From a phage, in sequence record PZ445554.1: a stretch of DNA of 64,000 nt. One strand, 5' to 3'. The translations under genes and the position numbers were made by a program. Below, piece by piece: positions 1 through 10,016 of the stretch (positions are counted from its first letter, which is position 1; each line of letters opens with the position of its first letter). The notes below the pieces were generated by a model. The model made no database searches and was not told the DNA's origin. It saw nothing but the letters and a program-made list of their open reading frames with translations.

Positions 1-1237
1 ACAGAGACGTCAAGTCAAAACTCATAATATATCGACGAGCAATTGGTTTAGGTTCAAACACAAATGCACCCGGAAAACTCTGTTTAACGTGCGAACCTTG
101 TTGAGGAATAACCTTGTGTTCACCTTTCAATGAGTTAAAAATAATAGCATCCCAAGTTTTAATAGGACTCATTACACCAGAAAAAGGCATTTTAGCGTAA
201 TAAGACATACTTAAAACTAGATCGATAAACCCGCGAATTTTATCAATTGCTTGAACTGATTCTACGTCAATGATGTTATAACTAATGTATCGTTGATGAT
301 TAGTCTCACGAAGTTTATTAATAGGACCGTCGTACGGTAATTTACCTTTTTTGGTTTCATGCTGAGCAACTGATTCCAAAGAGAATGACGGCAAATTAGT
401 AAATGCGAATTTCTTATACAAATCTAAATAATCAAGAATAGATACGCCATCAATAGAATAAATTTCTTTGCTACCGTACATATTTTGAATTAGTTTAGAT
501 TTTACTCGACCGATTGGAGAGAAGCGTTTCATACTGCGTTCACCTAGAATCATTTTAACACGATTCATGATATATGGAACGTCAAATCCCTCAATATTCC
601 AACCAGTAAAAATAGCAGGTCGTTTCTGTTCCCAGAGATTGATATATTCCATGAGCATATCACGCTCATTATCAAATGGCATATAAATTACTCGGTCAAG
701 AATTTCTTGAGGAACTTCATCACCACCTTCACAGTCAAGCTTAGCAGCTAACTTTGCATCCCATTTTGATACTGAACCGTACATTGAATTCAAAAGGTCG
801 AAAACATAAAAACGATCGTCAATTGAATCGTAATGAGTGATAGCATCAATTTCATATTCTGCTTTCATTGGGTCAGGAAATTTATCACCAGTAACCTCAA
901 TGTCACAGTTAGCTACACGAACAAATTTTCGGTCATAAACAATTTCTGAACCATACGTATCACTGATATAAGCGAGTTTAAAATCGTTCATACCGAGAGC
1001 TTCGAGACCGATGTCTTCCATTCGCTTCATCCAATCTCGAGCATCTTTCATTGATGGAAATTTTTGAGGAGCGCAGTTTTTACCATAGATGTCTTTGTAT
1101 TTTGACTCTTCCTTACAATGCCTAAACATAGTTGGAAGATATTCTACTTCACGAGTACGTTCCTTTCCGTTTTCATCAATATAACGTTCAACAATGTTAT
1201 TTCCGACTGTTTCGATAGAGATATAAAATTCTTTCAT
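1..1237 (-). CDS. 43: DNA polymerase (T4 gp43-like), N-terminal part; gene continues past window start
   Basis: Minus-strand frame open to position 1; ATG near 1235-1237 gives MKEFYISIETVGN, which I recall as the T4 gp43 N-terminus; purine-rich RBS upstream. Confidence 0.9.
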   Translation of the reverse strand, partial: MKEFYISIETVGNNIVERYIDENGKERTREVEYLPTMFRHCKEESKYKDIYGKNCAPQKFPSMKDARDWMKRMEDIGLEALGMNDFKLAYISDTYGSEIVYDRKFVRVANCDIEVTGDKFPDPMKAEYEIDAITHYDSIDDRFYVFDLLNSMYGSVSKWDAKLAAKLDCEGGDEVPQEILDRVIYMPFDNERDMLMEYINLWEQKRPAIFTGWNIEGFDVPYIMNRVKMILGERSMKRFSPIGRVKSKLIQNMYGSKEIYSIDGVSILDYLDLYKKFAFTNLPSFSLESVAQHETKKGKLPYDGPINKLRETNHQRYISYNIIDVESVQAIDKIRGFIDLVLSMSYYAKMPFSGVMSPIKTWDAIIFNSLKGEHKVIPQQGSHVKQSFPGAFVFEPKPIARRYIMSFDLTSL

Positions 1238-1295
1238 AGATATTCCTTAGTTTATAGCCCGAGTTATTAGGCTCTTGATATATTATACTCCAATT

Positions 1296-1314
1296 AAGGG
1301 GGCCGAAGCCCCTT
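1296..1314 (-). terminator. Stem-loop (UUCG tetraloop on mRNA) between regA and 43
   Basis: GGGGC-UUCG-GCCCC on the minus strand; terminator or RNA stability element, or part of the gene 43 leader. Confidence 0.45.
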
Positions 1315-1316
1315 GC

Positions 1317-1685
1317 TTAATTACCAATCGTATATTTAGGAACGAGTTTCCATTCATGTTTTTGTTTAAAAGAAATAACTCGGAAGTTATTAGTTAAATC
1401 TTTCATAAAAGTTCTTTGACCGGGAACGATTTCAATCAGTCCCCAATCTTCTAATAGCCATGCAATCGAATCACGACGAACTTCATCTTCTTCTGTCATT
1501 TCAACTTGGCGACCATCCATACGAAGCATTTCTTTAAAATGAACGATATAGTATAGTCCTTTTTTCTGAAGAATATGACAGGACTGATACAGAACTTTAT
1601 CTTTATTATTAGCAATTCCCATACGAGTCAAAGTTTCTTTTACTTTCAGAAAATCTTCAGGTTTTTTAAGAGTAATTTCAATCAT
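1317..1685 (-). CDS. regA: Translational repressor RegA
   Basis: 122 aa ORF-track protein matches T4 RegA as I recall it; sits between 62 and 43 as in T4. Confidence 0.9.
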   Translation of the reverse strand: MIEITLKKPEDFLKVKETLTRMGIANNKDKVLYQSCHILQKKGLYYIVHFKEMLRMDGRQVEMTEEDEVRRDSIAWLLEDWGLIEIVPGQRTFMKDLTNNFRVISFKQKHEWKLVPKYTIGN

Positions 1686-1686
1686 T

Positions 1687-2250
1687 TTACCATTCCAATG
1701 CTAGTTTTTTGAGTTGTTTCTGTTCTTTTACGTTCTTAGTCACTTCTTTCAAAAAATCATCCGTGACTAAACCTTTTAGTTCTTTTAATACTAAAGGAAG
1801 TTTTCCATTTTTAGTAAGAATTGATTTATAGTTAATTGCATCATTTGTATTAACTTGATACCGCTTAGCAAGTAACTTAATAATCAATACTTCGGTGGAA
1901 TCTTCAACCAGTTTTGCCCATTTACCATATCTTTTACCACGAGGAACTGCAGCCATTAGATAATTAAAATGAGCTTCATCACTTAATCCAGAACCAATTA
2001 AATTCATAGCATATACAGCTGGCATGCACTCTGGAAATTGTGATAATGCATTTTCAACCATGAATTTTGAATAATCTTTTTGAGCAATAGAGCATTTAGT
2101 TTTATTATTAATAGCTCCAATTATTTCAAAAAATTCATTTTCAGCTTTTTCTTTAAAAGAATCAGCAGCGGATTGGACAGCTGTCCAATCTTTTGAATAC
2201 CAAGCAATCTGATGCTCGTTTAATTGAATATCATCTTCAAATAAGCTCAT
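1687..2250 (-). CDS. 62: Clamp loader small subunit gp62
   Basis: 187 aa, same length and position as T4 gp62; immediately downstream of 44. Confidence 0.88.
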   Translation of the reverse strand: MSLFEDDIQLNEHQIAWYSKDWTAVQSAADSFKEKAENEFFEIIGAINNKTKCSIAQKDYSKFMVENALSQFPECMPAVYAMNLIGSGLSDEAHFNYLMAAVPRGKRYGKWAKLVEDSTEVLIIKLLAKRYQVNTNDAINYKSILTKNGKLPLVLKELKGLVTDDFLKEVTKNVKEQKQLKKLALEW

Positions 2251-2251
2251 A

Positions 2252-3211
2252 TCACTTCCACTGCATTTCGCACGCTAATTGAATGAAAAGATATGCTAAA
2301 TGTAATTCCGTATTAGCCGCAATTCCATGATACTGATTATTTTCACCAACAATTTCATACATACGAATAATACTTTGCGGAGTTACACGTGAATAGATTT
2401 CTTCGGCAAGTTTACCCACGAACCACGAATAATCAGCTGCATATTTTGGTGCTAAAGCTCTGAGTTGTTTAACATCTTTATTTTTGAGAGACTCAAGAAC
2501 ATCATCAATAGCACCACGATCGTTAGTAACCAGTGATAAAATACCAGCATCCAAAACACCTTTAGATGAATAACTATCGAGCTCGCCAATAGTTTTACGA
2601 AAATCAGGAAAATTCTTTTTAACCAAAGCTGCTACAACTTTCATATCAGTTATAGCAATTCCTTCATGCTTACAGATTTCAGTCAATCGACGAATCATCT
2701 GCTTCATCATTTCAATTTTATCTTCATCGGTCGGTTGACCGAATGTAATAACTCGACAGCGTGACTGAAGTGGTTTAATAATACCATCAATATTGTTAGC
2801 AGTAATAATAATACTACAGTTTGAACTATAAGCTTCCATAAAGGAACGAAGATGTCGCTGAGACTCTGCTAACCCTGAGCGGTCAAATTCATCAATAACG
2901 ATTACTTTTTGACGACCATCAAATGAAGCGGCGCTGGCAAAATTAGTCAAAGGACCACGAACGAAATCAATTTTACAATCTGACCCATTCACAAACATCA
3001 TATCAGCATTTACATCATGACACAATGCTTTTGCTACAGTTGTTTTACCTGTTCCTGGAGAAGGAGAATGAAGAATAATATGTGGAATCTTACCTTTACT
3101 TGTAATAGATTTAAAGGTTTCTTTATCAAAGGCGGGAAGAATACACTCATCGATAGTAGATGGACGATATTTCTGTTCAAGAATGTGTTCTTTTTCATTT
3201 ACGGTAATCAT
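2252..3211 (-). CDS. 44: Clamp loader large subunit gp44 (AAA+ ATPase)
   Basis: Walker A GTGKTT, Walker B IVIDEFD, SRC motif; 319 aa from internal Met MITVNEK (track ORF carries a 5-codon N-terminal extension). Confidence 0.9.
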   Translation of the reverse strand: MITVNEKEHILEQKYRPSTIDECILPAFDKETFKSITSKGKIPHIILHSPSPGTGKTTVAKALCHDVNADMMFVNGSDCKIDFVRGPLTNFASAASFDGRQKVIVIDEFDRSGLAESQRHLRSFMEAYSSNCSIIITANNIDGIIKPLQSRCRVITFGQPTDEDKIEMMKQMIRRLTEICKHEGIAITDMKVVAALVKKNFPDFRKTIGELDSYSSKGVLDAGILSLVTNDRGAIDDVLESLKNKDVKQLRALAPKYAADYSWFVGKLAEEIYSRVTPQSIIRMYEIVGENNQYHGIAANTELHLAYLFIQLACEMQWK

Positions 3212-3243
3212 AATTTCCTCATTCAAGTTTTAGTGTAAATTAT

Positions 3244-3261
3244 AAAGGGCCGAAGCCCTCT
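3244..3261 (-). terminator. Stem-loop (UUCG tetraloop) between 45 and 44
   Basis: GGGC-UUCG-GCCC flanked by A/U runs. Confidence 0.5.
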
Positions 3262-3262
3262 A

Positions 3263-3949
3263 TTAAAAATCGTGGGTAGAATCAGCTTCAAGAGCTACTA
3301 CATAATTCGCATGTTCACCTTCAAATTTAGCAGCACCTTGTTTACCTTTTGCCCAAAGCAGAAGTTTATAATTTCCTGGTTGCATTTTCATATTTGCCAT
3401 ATTGATAATGAAATTAAATGTATTTTCACCATCATAATCACCAAGAGTCAAAGAATATTTAACACGAGTCAGAGCAGAATCTTCTACTTTATTAAAACCG
3501 TTAATTACGATTTTACCTTCTTTTACCGTGATAGCAATTGTATCAATTTGCAGACCACGAGATACACGCAACAGTTGTTGAAGGTCTTCAGCTTTAATTT
3601 CAGTAACAACAGATGCTACCGGGAATGGAATTGGTTTATTAGGAGCAACTACTGTACTCGGATCGGCTGCTGGCCAAAAAATTGTTGAGCGGGCATCAGC
3701 AATTTTAATATTTCCATCTTCTGACTGGGAAATTTCTGCATCATCATTAACTAGAGACAGAATACCGAGAAAACCATTCAAATCGTAAATTGCTACATCA
3801 AAGTCAATAACGTCAGAAATATTTGCTTCCGCATAAGTTGTACCATTAACTGCACGAGTCATAATAAATTGACCTGATTTAAGCATAATACCAGAGTTAA
3901 TAGTAGCGAAATTTTTAAGCAGAGCAGTAGTATCTTTAGACAGTTTCAT
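3263..3949 (-). CDS. 45: Sliding clamp gp45
   Basis: 228 aa; sequence recognised as T4 gp45; conserved 45-44-62-regA-43 order. Confidence 0.9.
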   Translation of the reverse strand: MKLSKDTTALLKNFATINSGIMLKSGQFIMTRAVNGTTYAEANISDVIDFDVAIYDLNGFLGILSLVNDDAEISQSEDGNIKIADARSTIFWPAADPSTVVAPNKPIPFPVASVVTEIKAEDLQQLLRVSRGLQIDTIAITVKEGKIVINGFNKVEDSALTRVKYSLTLGDYDGENTFNFIINMANMKMQPGNYKLLLWAKGKQGAAKFEGEHANYVVALEADSTHDF

Positions 3950-3978
3950 GTAATTTCCTTCAATTCAAATGAGATTTA

Positions 3979-4003
3979 ATTTTATAACTAATTTAATAAA
4001 GCA
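3979..4003 (-). promoter_or_regulatory. Middle (MotA-dependent) promoter upstream of gene 45
   Basis: Minus strand MotA box TTGCTTTA, 12-nt spacer, -10 TAAAAT. Confidence 0.5.
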
Positions 4004-4004
4004 A

Positions 4005-4394
4005 TTAACGATTAAAATCAGCCGCAATTGTTTCCGCAACAATTTGTGCAGCAACAATTAGACGTTCATCTGCATTACCGCAATAATCATCTTCAAGGCG
4101 TTCACCACATGAAGTCATAATAAATTTAGCACCAGCGTTTAGGGATTCTATAGTATGTTTGCGCATTAGTTCAATCCATTTATTACTTACTTCACGATCG
4201 ATAGCTTCATAATACGCATGACGAGCAGGTGCAGATTTAATTTTGTTCTGAATAACTTCCATTGCGTTATCAGAAAGAGACAAAACCCATGCTCGACGAA
4301 TTTTATTTTGGTTTTGTGGATTTGATTCAGAACGCACGTGTTTTGGCTGAATATCTTTTACATCAACAGTATAATTCACAGTAATTTTAGTCAT
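4005..4394 (-). CDS. rpbA: RNA polymerase binding protein RpbA
   Basis: 129 aa ORF between 45 and 46, same size and position as T4 rpbA. Confidence 0.8.
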   Translation of the reverse strand: MTKITVNYTVDVKDIQPKHVRSESNPQNQNKIRRAWVLSLSDNAMEVIQNKIKSAPARHAYYEAIDREVSNKWIELMRKHTIESLNAGAKFIMTSCGERLEDDYCGNADERLIVAAQIVAETIAADFNR

Positions 4395-4403
4395 AATACA
4401 CCT

Positions 4404-4592
4404 TTAGTCATAATAATCAGTAACAGTCCAAGCTTCATTTCTATTGGACATTATTTTTGTATATTCTGCTTTAAATGCATTCTTAAGCATAGATTCAGTA
4501 ACTATATGCTCTTCATTAGAAAAATTATTTCTCAGAATATATCGTTTTATTTCAGGAATAGTTAATAGATGCTGTCCAGTTGAATATTCCAT
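4404..4592 (-). CDS. Hypothetical protein (position of T4 45.2)
   Basis: 62 aa ORF, ATG start, GGAGG RBS, tightly packed between rpbA and 46. Confidence 0.6.
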   Translation of the reverse strand: MEYSTGQHLLTIPEIKRYILRNNFSNEEHIVTESMLKNAFKAEYTKIMSNRNEAWTVTDYYD

Positions 4593-4609
4593 GTTTTTCC
4601 TCCATAGAG

Positions 4610-4633
4610 ATTATACTCTAATAAATTAAAGCA
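4610..4633 (-). promoter_or_regulatory. Middle (MotA-dependent) promoter
   Basis: Minus strand TGCTTTA, 11-nt spacer, TATAAT; leader to the next ATG is short. Confidence 0.4.
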
Positions 4634-4647
4634 TAATCTCTTATAAA

Positions 4648-6330
4648 TTAAACCATTACAGTAAATCGACCAACTTTCTTCATTTGAAGATGCTGACCGT
4701 ATTCTTGCGGGTCATGGTCTTTATGCGAAATTATAAAAACATTAGTGTTTTTCATTGAATTTATAATATTAGCTACACCTTTAATACCTTCGGCATCAAA
4801 TGACCCATCAAACACTTCATCGAGTATTAATGTACTAATACTAACACCAGATACAATAGAAGCAATATCACGCCAAGTAAATAAAAGAGCAATATCAATT
4901 CGCGCTTTTTCACCTTCACTAAATGAAGCATAACTAAAATCTTCGCGACCACGGGATTTAATTGTCTCATTAAATTCTTCATCTAATGTAAACACATAAT
5001 CCGCTTCCATTATTTTAAGATAATGGTTAATCTGCTTATTAAATAATGGAATGTACTTTTTAATAATAGCACCTTTAATACCAGAATCTTTGAGCATATC
5101 AGTCAAAATTCCTCGGTGGTATTTTTCCATTACTAAATTAGTTTTTGTCTTAACAATTTTATCAAGTTCTTCTTGAAGCAGTGCTATTTCATCAGCATGG
5201 TCAATAAACTCAGAAGATGCTTTTTCTATAGCCGCTTTAACCTTTTTAGCTTTATCTACTGCTGCGATCAGAGATTGCTTTTTATTGCGAATATCATTTG
5301 CCAACGACTGCTGGGTTTTAATATTATCTCGGTATTCATCAACAAGAACTTTTAAATTATCACGGTGTGTTGAAAGCTGTTCAAACGAATGCGTACATTC
5401 AGAAACTTTATCTTTAATTTTAGAAACAACTTTATCACCGGAACTTAATTGTGACAAACAGGTTGGACATAATCCACCTTCGTGATACATATTAATGACT
5501 TTATTATACGAGTCAATTTTTGATTTAATTAAAACTGCTTCTTGACCGATTTTATTAAATGCATCAGTCGGGTCTTCATCTAAAACAATATTAACTAATC
5601 TTTCATTAGCTTCTTCTATTTCAGATTTTAGCGTTCTAGCTTCTTTTGCCAAATCATCATACATATTTTGTAGACGCGTAAGGTTGTCACCCGTTAATTT
5701 TTTCTGGCGTTCAACGTTATCATTATATATTTTAATTTGTTGGATAATACTATCTTTTTTAACATCAAGCACTTGGTTTTGTGAATTTAATTCGCGTATT
5801 AGTGCTTTATTAAGCTTATCCATTTCAGCTAATGTTCCTACCTCGAGCAGGTCTTCCACAAGCTTTCTTCGCGCAGGGGTCGACAAACCCATGAAAGGGG
5901 TATACCCTGCTGTACCAAGGACAACAATCTGCTTGAAACTGGCATATGACATTCCGATAAGCTGTTCAAATTCTGCTTGGAAATCTTTACTACTGGCAGA
6001 TTCATTAAGACGTGTACCGTTAACGGTGATTTCGAAAACGTTTGGTTTTTGTCCTCTTTTGATATAGTACTTTTTCTCATCATATTCCATCCACAGTTCA
6101 ACTAAAAGTTCTTTCTTATTTGTGCTGTTTATTAATTGGCCTTTCTTTACATCACGAAATGGCTTGCCAAAAAGCCCAAATGTGATGGCTTCTAGCATAG
6201 TAGACTTACCACCGCCATTTCGTCCAGTAATAAGAGTTTTTTGAACCTTATCTAATTGAATGTCAATAGGATTTCCACCTACTGACATTATATTTTGATA
6301 CCTAACTCGGTTTAGTTTAAAATTCTTCAC
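4648..6330 (-). CDS. 46: Recombination endonuclease subunit gp46 (SbcC/Rad50-like ATPase)
   Basis: 560 aa; Walker A GRNGGGKST, long coiled-coil, zinc hook CPTC, C-terminal signature region; start codon appears to be GTG overlapping the upstream stop. Confidence 0.9.
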   Translation of the reverse strand: MKNFKLNRVRYQNIMSVGGNPIDIQLDKVQKTLITGRNGGGKSTMLEAITFGLFGKPFRDVKKGQLINSTNKKELLVELWMEYDEKKYYIKRGQKPNVFEITVNGTRLNESASSKDFQAEFEQLIGMSYASFKQIVVLGTAGYTPFMGLSTPARRKLVEDLLEVGTLAEMDKLNKALIRELNSQNQVLDVKKDSIIQQIKIYNDNVERQKKLTGDNLTRLQNMYDDLAKEARTLKSEIEEANERLVNIVLDEDPTDAFNKIGQEAVLIKSKIDSYNKVINMYHEGGLCPTCLSQLSSGDKVVSKIKDKVSECTHSFEQLSTHRDNLKVLVDEYRDNIKTQQSLANDIRNKKQSLIAAVDKAKKVKAAIEKASSEFIDHADEIALLQEELDKIVKTKTNLVMEKYHRGILTDMLKDSGIKGAIIKKYIPLFNKQINHYLKIMEADYVFTLDEEFNETIKSRGREDFSYASFSEGEKARIDIALLFTWRDIASIVSGVSISTLILDEVFDGSFDAEGIKGVANIINSMKNTNVFIISHKDHDPQEYGQHLQMKKVGRFTVMV

Positions 6331-6590
6331 AAAAGATTCCTTTTAATGTATCTTTTAGACCATTCTATCATATCATCATAATCTAAAAAGTATTCATCAA
6401 ATTCAGCCATGCAAACAACACCTTGTGCTGCTTTTGATGTGATATAAATTATTCCAACATATCTAGAATCTTCTTCGGTATAATCAATATTTGCTATGAA
6501 TTCATCATTAATGTCAAATGTCGAAAACTTCACAGTATGCATCCTTAATACAAGATACAGCCATATCTCGTAATGATTTAGGGGTGTCAT
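6327..6590 (-). CDS. Hypothetical protein (position of T4 46.1)
   Basis: 87 aa ORF; overlaps next ORF in a different frame. Confidence 0.5.
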   Translation of the reverse strand: MTPLNHYEIWLYLVLRMHTVKFSTFDINDEFIANIDYTEEDSRYVGIIYITSKAAQGVVCMAEFDEYFLDYDDMIEWSKRYIKRNLL

Positions 6591-6777
6591 TATCTAAAAT
6601 GTTGAAGTTAAAAGATACAGCCCAGTCAGTGCAGACCGTAACCTTTTTAATACAATTATCTTCAACTTCTAGTGGTTCAAACCAGTATTCAATAATTTCT
6701 TTATGACCAATATCATCTTTTACTTCGCATTCAAAATGCTGACTCATCATAACATTTTTAAATTCATCAAAAGTCAT
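6514..6777 (-). CDS. Hypothetical protein (position of T4 46.2)
   Basis: 87 aa ORF between 47 and 46.1-like ORF. Confidence 0.5.
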   Translation of the reverse strand: MTFDEFKNVMMSQHFECEVKDDIGHKEIIEYWFEPLEVEDNCIKKVTVCTDWAVSFNFNILDNDTPKSLRDMAVSCIKDAYCEVFDI

Positions 6778-7793
6778 TGTGTTGCCTCTACATATAGCTG
6801 ATTTGCATATTGAATAAGTGCTTCACGATCAGAATCAGTGATGTCTGGAATTGCATTAATATACTCTTCCATTAATGTCTGAAGCGATTGAACTTCAACT
6901 TCTTCACTGTCATCTGACTCGACAGAGTTATCAATCTTTGACACAACTCGTAATGAATGCACAACTTTTTCTAGTTCAGATTCGAATTTCGTCAGATTTT
7001 TGTCTACTTCAGTTACTATAACACGTACTGATAGATTTGTAAAATCTTTATAGTCAATTTTTCCTTTAAATGGATAATGAATTCTACGATGCCAGGTAGT
7101 ATTGTTTGGAATAAATTCCATTCGTTCTGTTTCTGTATCAAACATCCAGAACCCACGAGGGTCATTCTCGTCACCTGCTGTTAGTGTCCATGGTGTCCCA
7201 ATATATCTGACGTTTGCAGCCTCAGAAATAGTATGGAAGTGACCAGACCACACTTCTTTATAAGTCTTAAGGAAATCAGGTTCAAGACCGTGAGATTTCA
7301 TTCCTTTATAAAAATAAAATCCATTCAGTTCCCAGTGACCAACACAAAAAGAAGCAGATGAAGTTTTGATGTGTTCAAGAATTTCACCAGTATTTTCTTC
7401 GCACATCCAAGGAATTAAATCAATCAAACACCCGTCAAAATCTACTGTAGTAGGCTTATCATATACTTTAACATTAGGATATTTAGCCAAAAGCTCAGTA
7501 GAGGCATTTGGATGCATTACATTTTTGTAGTGGAGATCGTGATTTCCTACAATAGTATGTAATGTGATTCCAGCGTCATCAAGCATTTGAACTATTTCAC
7601 GGGCAAACTCCATAGTTTTATGTGTGATTGCTTTTCGCACATCAAAAATATCACCATATTGAATCCATACAGTAATTCCATTTTTCTTAGAATATTCTAT
7701 CGCTTGCTTAATTCCATCAATTTGAATACCGCGAATCCACTCATCATCAGCTTTAACGCCTAAATGCCAATCACCCAAGTTTAGTATTTTCAT
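6774..7793 (-). CDS. 47: Recombination endonuclease subunit gp47 (Mre11/SbcD-like phosphoesterase)
   Basis: 339 aa; calcineurin-like phosphoesterase motifs (GDWH, GDIFD, GNHD, GHWE, GHFH). Confidence 0.9.
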   Translation of the reverse strand: MKILNLGDWHLGVKADDEWIRGIQIDGIKQAIEYSKKNGITVWIQYGDIFDVRKAITHKTMEFAREIVQMLDDAGITLHTIVGNHDLHYKNVMHPNASTELLAKYPNVKVYDKPTTVDFDGCLIDLIPWMCEENTGEILEHIKTSSASFCVGHWELNGFYFYKGMKSHGLEPDFLKTYKEVWSGHFHTISEAANVRYIGTPWTLTAGDENDPRGFWMFDTETERMEFIPNNTTWHRRIHYPFKGKIDYKDFTNLSVRVIVTEVDKNLTKFESELEKVVHSLRVVSKIDNSVESDDSEEVEVQSLQTLMEEYINAIPDITDSDREALIQYANQLYVEATQ

Positions 7794-8394
7794 GGTGTCT
7801 TTTCCATCCTAATTTAGCTGCTTTTGAAACCAGTTCTTTAATTTTTCCTTTTGTCCATTCAGGACCAGGAGGTTCATGACATAACATTTGCTTAACTCCG
7901 TTATTATACCATTTTTTACCTTTATTATGTGATGAAGCTTTAAATTTATTTGACCTTCCTTTTGCATAACCTTCTGGAATATAAGGCAAAAAGGCAGATT
8001 TTCCTGTTAATGGATCATGTGAATGTATATTTCCTTTACAATTATGAGAACCATATAATGGATGATTTTGTCCTTTATTATCTCTTCCAAATGAACCTTT
8101 TGGAGCAGCATATGACATATTAAAGAATAATGGATTTTTAACTGCATCATGCAATCGTTGATAATATAACTCGCATTTAATAGCTTCTTCACGCGTATCA
8201 AATTCAGCTAAAATGCATGAATCAAATAAGTGAGGATTATCTGAAAGCTCTTTATTATAAATTTTCTTATACTTTTTAGATAAAACTGAACCATGATATC
8301 CAGCTAAATGCCTATCTAAAGACGTAGATCCAATATAAAAAGGAGGAAGTTTATCTCCACTATATATTGTTAAATAAGTTATATATTTTTTCAT
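7771..8394 (-). CDS. GIY-YIG family endonuclease-like protein (seg-like)
   Basis: 207 aa; N-terminal TIYSG...FYIGST...R..H followed by FDSCILAEF...E..YYQRL, which aligns with the I-TevI/Seg catalytic domain as I recall it; its 3' end overlaps the gene 47 start by 23 nt. Confidence 0.65.
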   Translation of the reverse strand: MKKYITYLTIYSGDKLPPFYIGSTSLDRHLAGYHGSVLSKKYKKIYNKELSDNPHLFDSCILAEFDTREEAIKCELYYQRLHDAVKNPLFFNMSYAAPKGSFGRDNKGQNHPLYGSHNCKGNIHSHDPLTGKSAFLPYIPEGYAKGRSNKFKASSHNKGKKWYNNGVKQMLCHEPPGPEWTKGKIKELVSKAAKLGWKRHHENTKLG

Positions 8395-8531
8395 ATATCA
8401 AGAACCGTCATTGAAATGCAAAATAAAATTATTGAAATAAATCCATCTGGAGTGCTAAAGAACCCAATCCAACATGCTCTAGTGAATAGATAAAATGCAA
8501 GAAAAAGTATCACATATCCAAGAAATATCAT
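8391..8531 (-). CDS. Small hydrophobic peptide (46 aa, predicted membrane)
   Basis: Below ORF-track cut-off; ATG with GGAG RBS 9 nt upstream; MIFLGYVILFLAFYLFTRACWIGFF...; stop overlaps the ATG of the downstream ORF (ATGA). Confidence 0.4.
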   Translation of the reverse strand: MIFLGYVILFLAFYLFTRACWIGFFSTPDGFISIILFCISMTVLDI

Positions 8532-8554
8532 TATATCAAACTCCGTATAAAGCT

Positions 8555-8572
8555 AAAGGGCCGAAGCCCTTT
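8555..8572 (-). terminator. Stem-loop (UUCG tetraloop) after a-gt
   Basis: AAAGGGC-UUCG-GCCCUUU on the minus strand. Confidence 0.5.
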
Positions 8573-9773
8573 ATTTTGTAATAATGTCAAACTGTTCTTT
8601 AAAGCAGAAGCTTGAATCTTGATGCTGATACAAAAATTCATATGCTTTTTCTCGCTCACGGTCATAAAGAGCTCGGTCAGATGACAGTTCTTTAATACGT
8701 TCAAATGTTGATTCCATGTCATTTTCATCAAACCAAATGATACCGCTATCATGCGAGGTCAAAGGAGTATTATCAACACGGAATTTTAAATTTTCGCCAG
8801 TAGATTTCCAAAATACCGGAATTGTTCCACATGCACCAAGCTCGAGATGAGTATATTCTAAAGAACGTTGTAGATATTTTTTATCCAACTTACTCAACTG
8901 ATAACCAAAACCGGATTTACTCATGCGTTCAAGCATTTCGCTATTTACATAACGGTCAAGAATTTGCGTTGGCAAATTAGGAGCAATTTTAATTTGGTCT
9001 ACTTGATGAAGACGATAATACTCGTATGGAATTCCTTTTTCTTTAATAGGAATGAACGCTGGAGAACGTTCCAGACCTTCCATAATAGTACTTAGTCCTG
9101 CAGGTTTAAGATGTTTTTCGTGAAAATCAAACATCTGATAAAAACCTTTCCATGTAGTCGTACGACCAATCCAACGATTGATATTCATGTTAATTTCAGA
9201 AACATCTTTCCAGTAGGTTGACCGAACCTTCGCAATATCCATAGGAGGCTGAAAGTTATATACTGTCGGCGCTTCTTCAATATCATCAAATAAAGAAACT
9301 GTTTCAGGATACCACTCTTTCATCAGAACTTTATTAAAATCACCATTATCAGAATGACTAAAAATAACATCAGCTCGACGAACAGTTTCTTCTAATCCCA
9401 AATTTCGGCGCAAAGAAAGAGAAGAGTGGTCATGTTGATAAACTACAACACGAACCGAAGGTTTAATGTTATCAATAATTTTTTTATAGTTATTAATAGT
9501 GTCTTCTTCAACTGAAGTAGCAGGAACTGAATTGATAATTAGAATATCACAATCATTTACCAGCTTAAGTGTTTTATCGTATTCTTTTGCCAATAAAACC
9601 GGAATTGAAAATGATTTATAATCATGTGCACAGTTACGAGTAAATGATTTATCTTTAGCATAAACCAAAGTTACTTCATGACCATTTTTAATAAACCAAT
9701 CACGTTGCTCAAGAGAAAATTTAGTTACACCACAACCTTCAAGACCCCGAGCCATAAAAATACATACTTTCAT
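8571..9773 (-). CDS. a-gt: DNA alpha-glucosyltransferase
   Basis: 400 aa; sequence recognised as T4 alpha-glucosyltransferase with several substitutions. Confidence 0.85.
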   Translation of the reverse strand: MKVCIFMARGLEGCGVTKFSLEQRDWFIKNGHEVTLVYAKDKSFTRNCAHDYKSFSIPVLLAKEYDKTLKLVNDCDILIINSVPATSVEEDTINNYKKIIDNIKPSVRVVVYQHDHSSLSLRRNLGLEETVRRADVIFSHSDNGDFNKVLMKEWYPETVSLFDDIEEAPTVYNFQPPMDIAKVRSTYWKDVSEINMNINRWIGRTTTWKGFYQMFDFHEKHLKPAGLSTIMEGLERSPAFIPIKEKGIPYEYYRLHQVDQIKIAPNLPTQILDRYVNSEMLERMSKSGFGYQLSKLDKKYLQRSLEYTHLELGACGTIPVFWKSTGENLKFRVDNTPLTSHDSGIIWFDENDMESTFERIKELSSDRALYDREREKAYEFLYQHQDSSFCFKEQFDIITK

Positions 9774-9824
9774 TTAATATCCTCTTTGTTTTGGTTTATT
9801 TTACCAAAAATTTATAAAGCAATA

Positions 9825-9840
9825 TAGGAGCCGAAGCTCC
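9825..9840 (-). terminator. Stem-loop (UUCG tetraloop)
   Basis: GGAGC-UUCG-GCUCC. Confidence 0.45.
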
Positions 9841-10013
9841 TATCCACATAATACGCCATACAGAGGCTCGTTAGAACTTTTAAATTTTATGCGCTTATAT
9901 GTTATAGTTCCTTCTGCTTTAGCTTTATCATGAGACTCTTTAAAGCGTCTCATCATTTCCTCTTTAGAGGAACGAATTTTATTATAATCTATTTCAGAAG
10001 TCTGGGTGTTCAT
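9840..10013 (-). CDS. Small hypothetical protein (57 aa)
   Basis: Below track cut-off; ATG start; stop lies at the edge of a tetraloop hairpin. Confidence 0.35.
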   Translation of the reverse strand: MNTQTSEIDYNKIRSSKEEMMRRFKESHDKAKAEGTITYKRIKFKSSNEPLYGVLCG

Positions 10014-10016
10014 CTT

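Noticed and set aside
2252-3226. N-terminal extensions in several track ORFs (44, 55, 1, 3, 11, and ORFs beginning with non-ATG codons)
   Set aside because: The track appears to start at the first in-frame start-like codon including TTG and GTG; internal ATGs with good RBS and matching known protein lengths were preferred.
3017-6067. Plus-strand ORFs in the ORF track (3017-3238, 3272-3688, 4338-4565, 4444-4629, 4745-4933, 5173-5355, 5285-5485, 5684-6067)
   Set aside because: All lie antisense to well-supported minus-strand genes (44, 45, rpbA, 46), are AT-rich reading-frame artefacts and lack RBS or promoter context.
8007-8201. Internal same-strand ORFs nested in larger genes (8007-8201, 21013-21204, 26117-26311, 35271-35486, 35939-36121, 5838-6101)
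   Set aside because: Alternative frames inside well-supported genes; no independent evidence.
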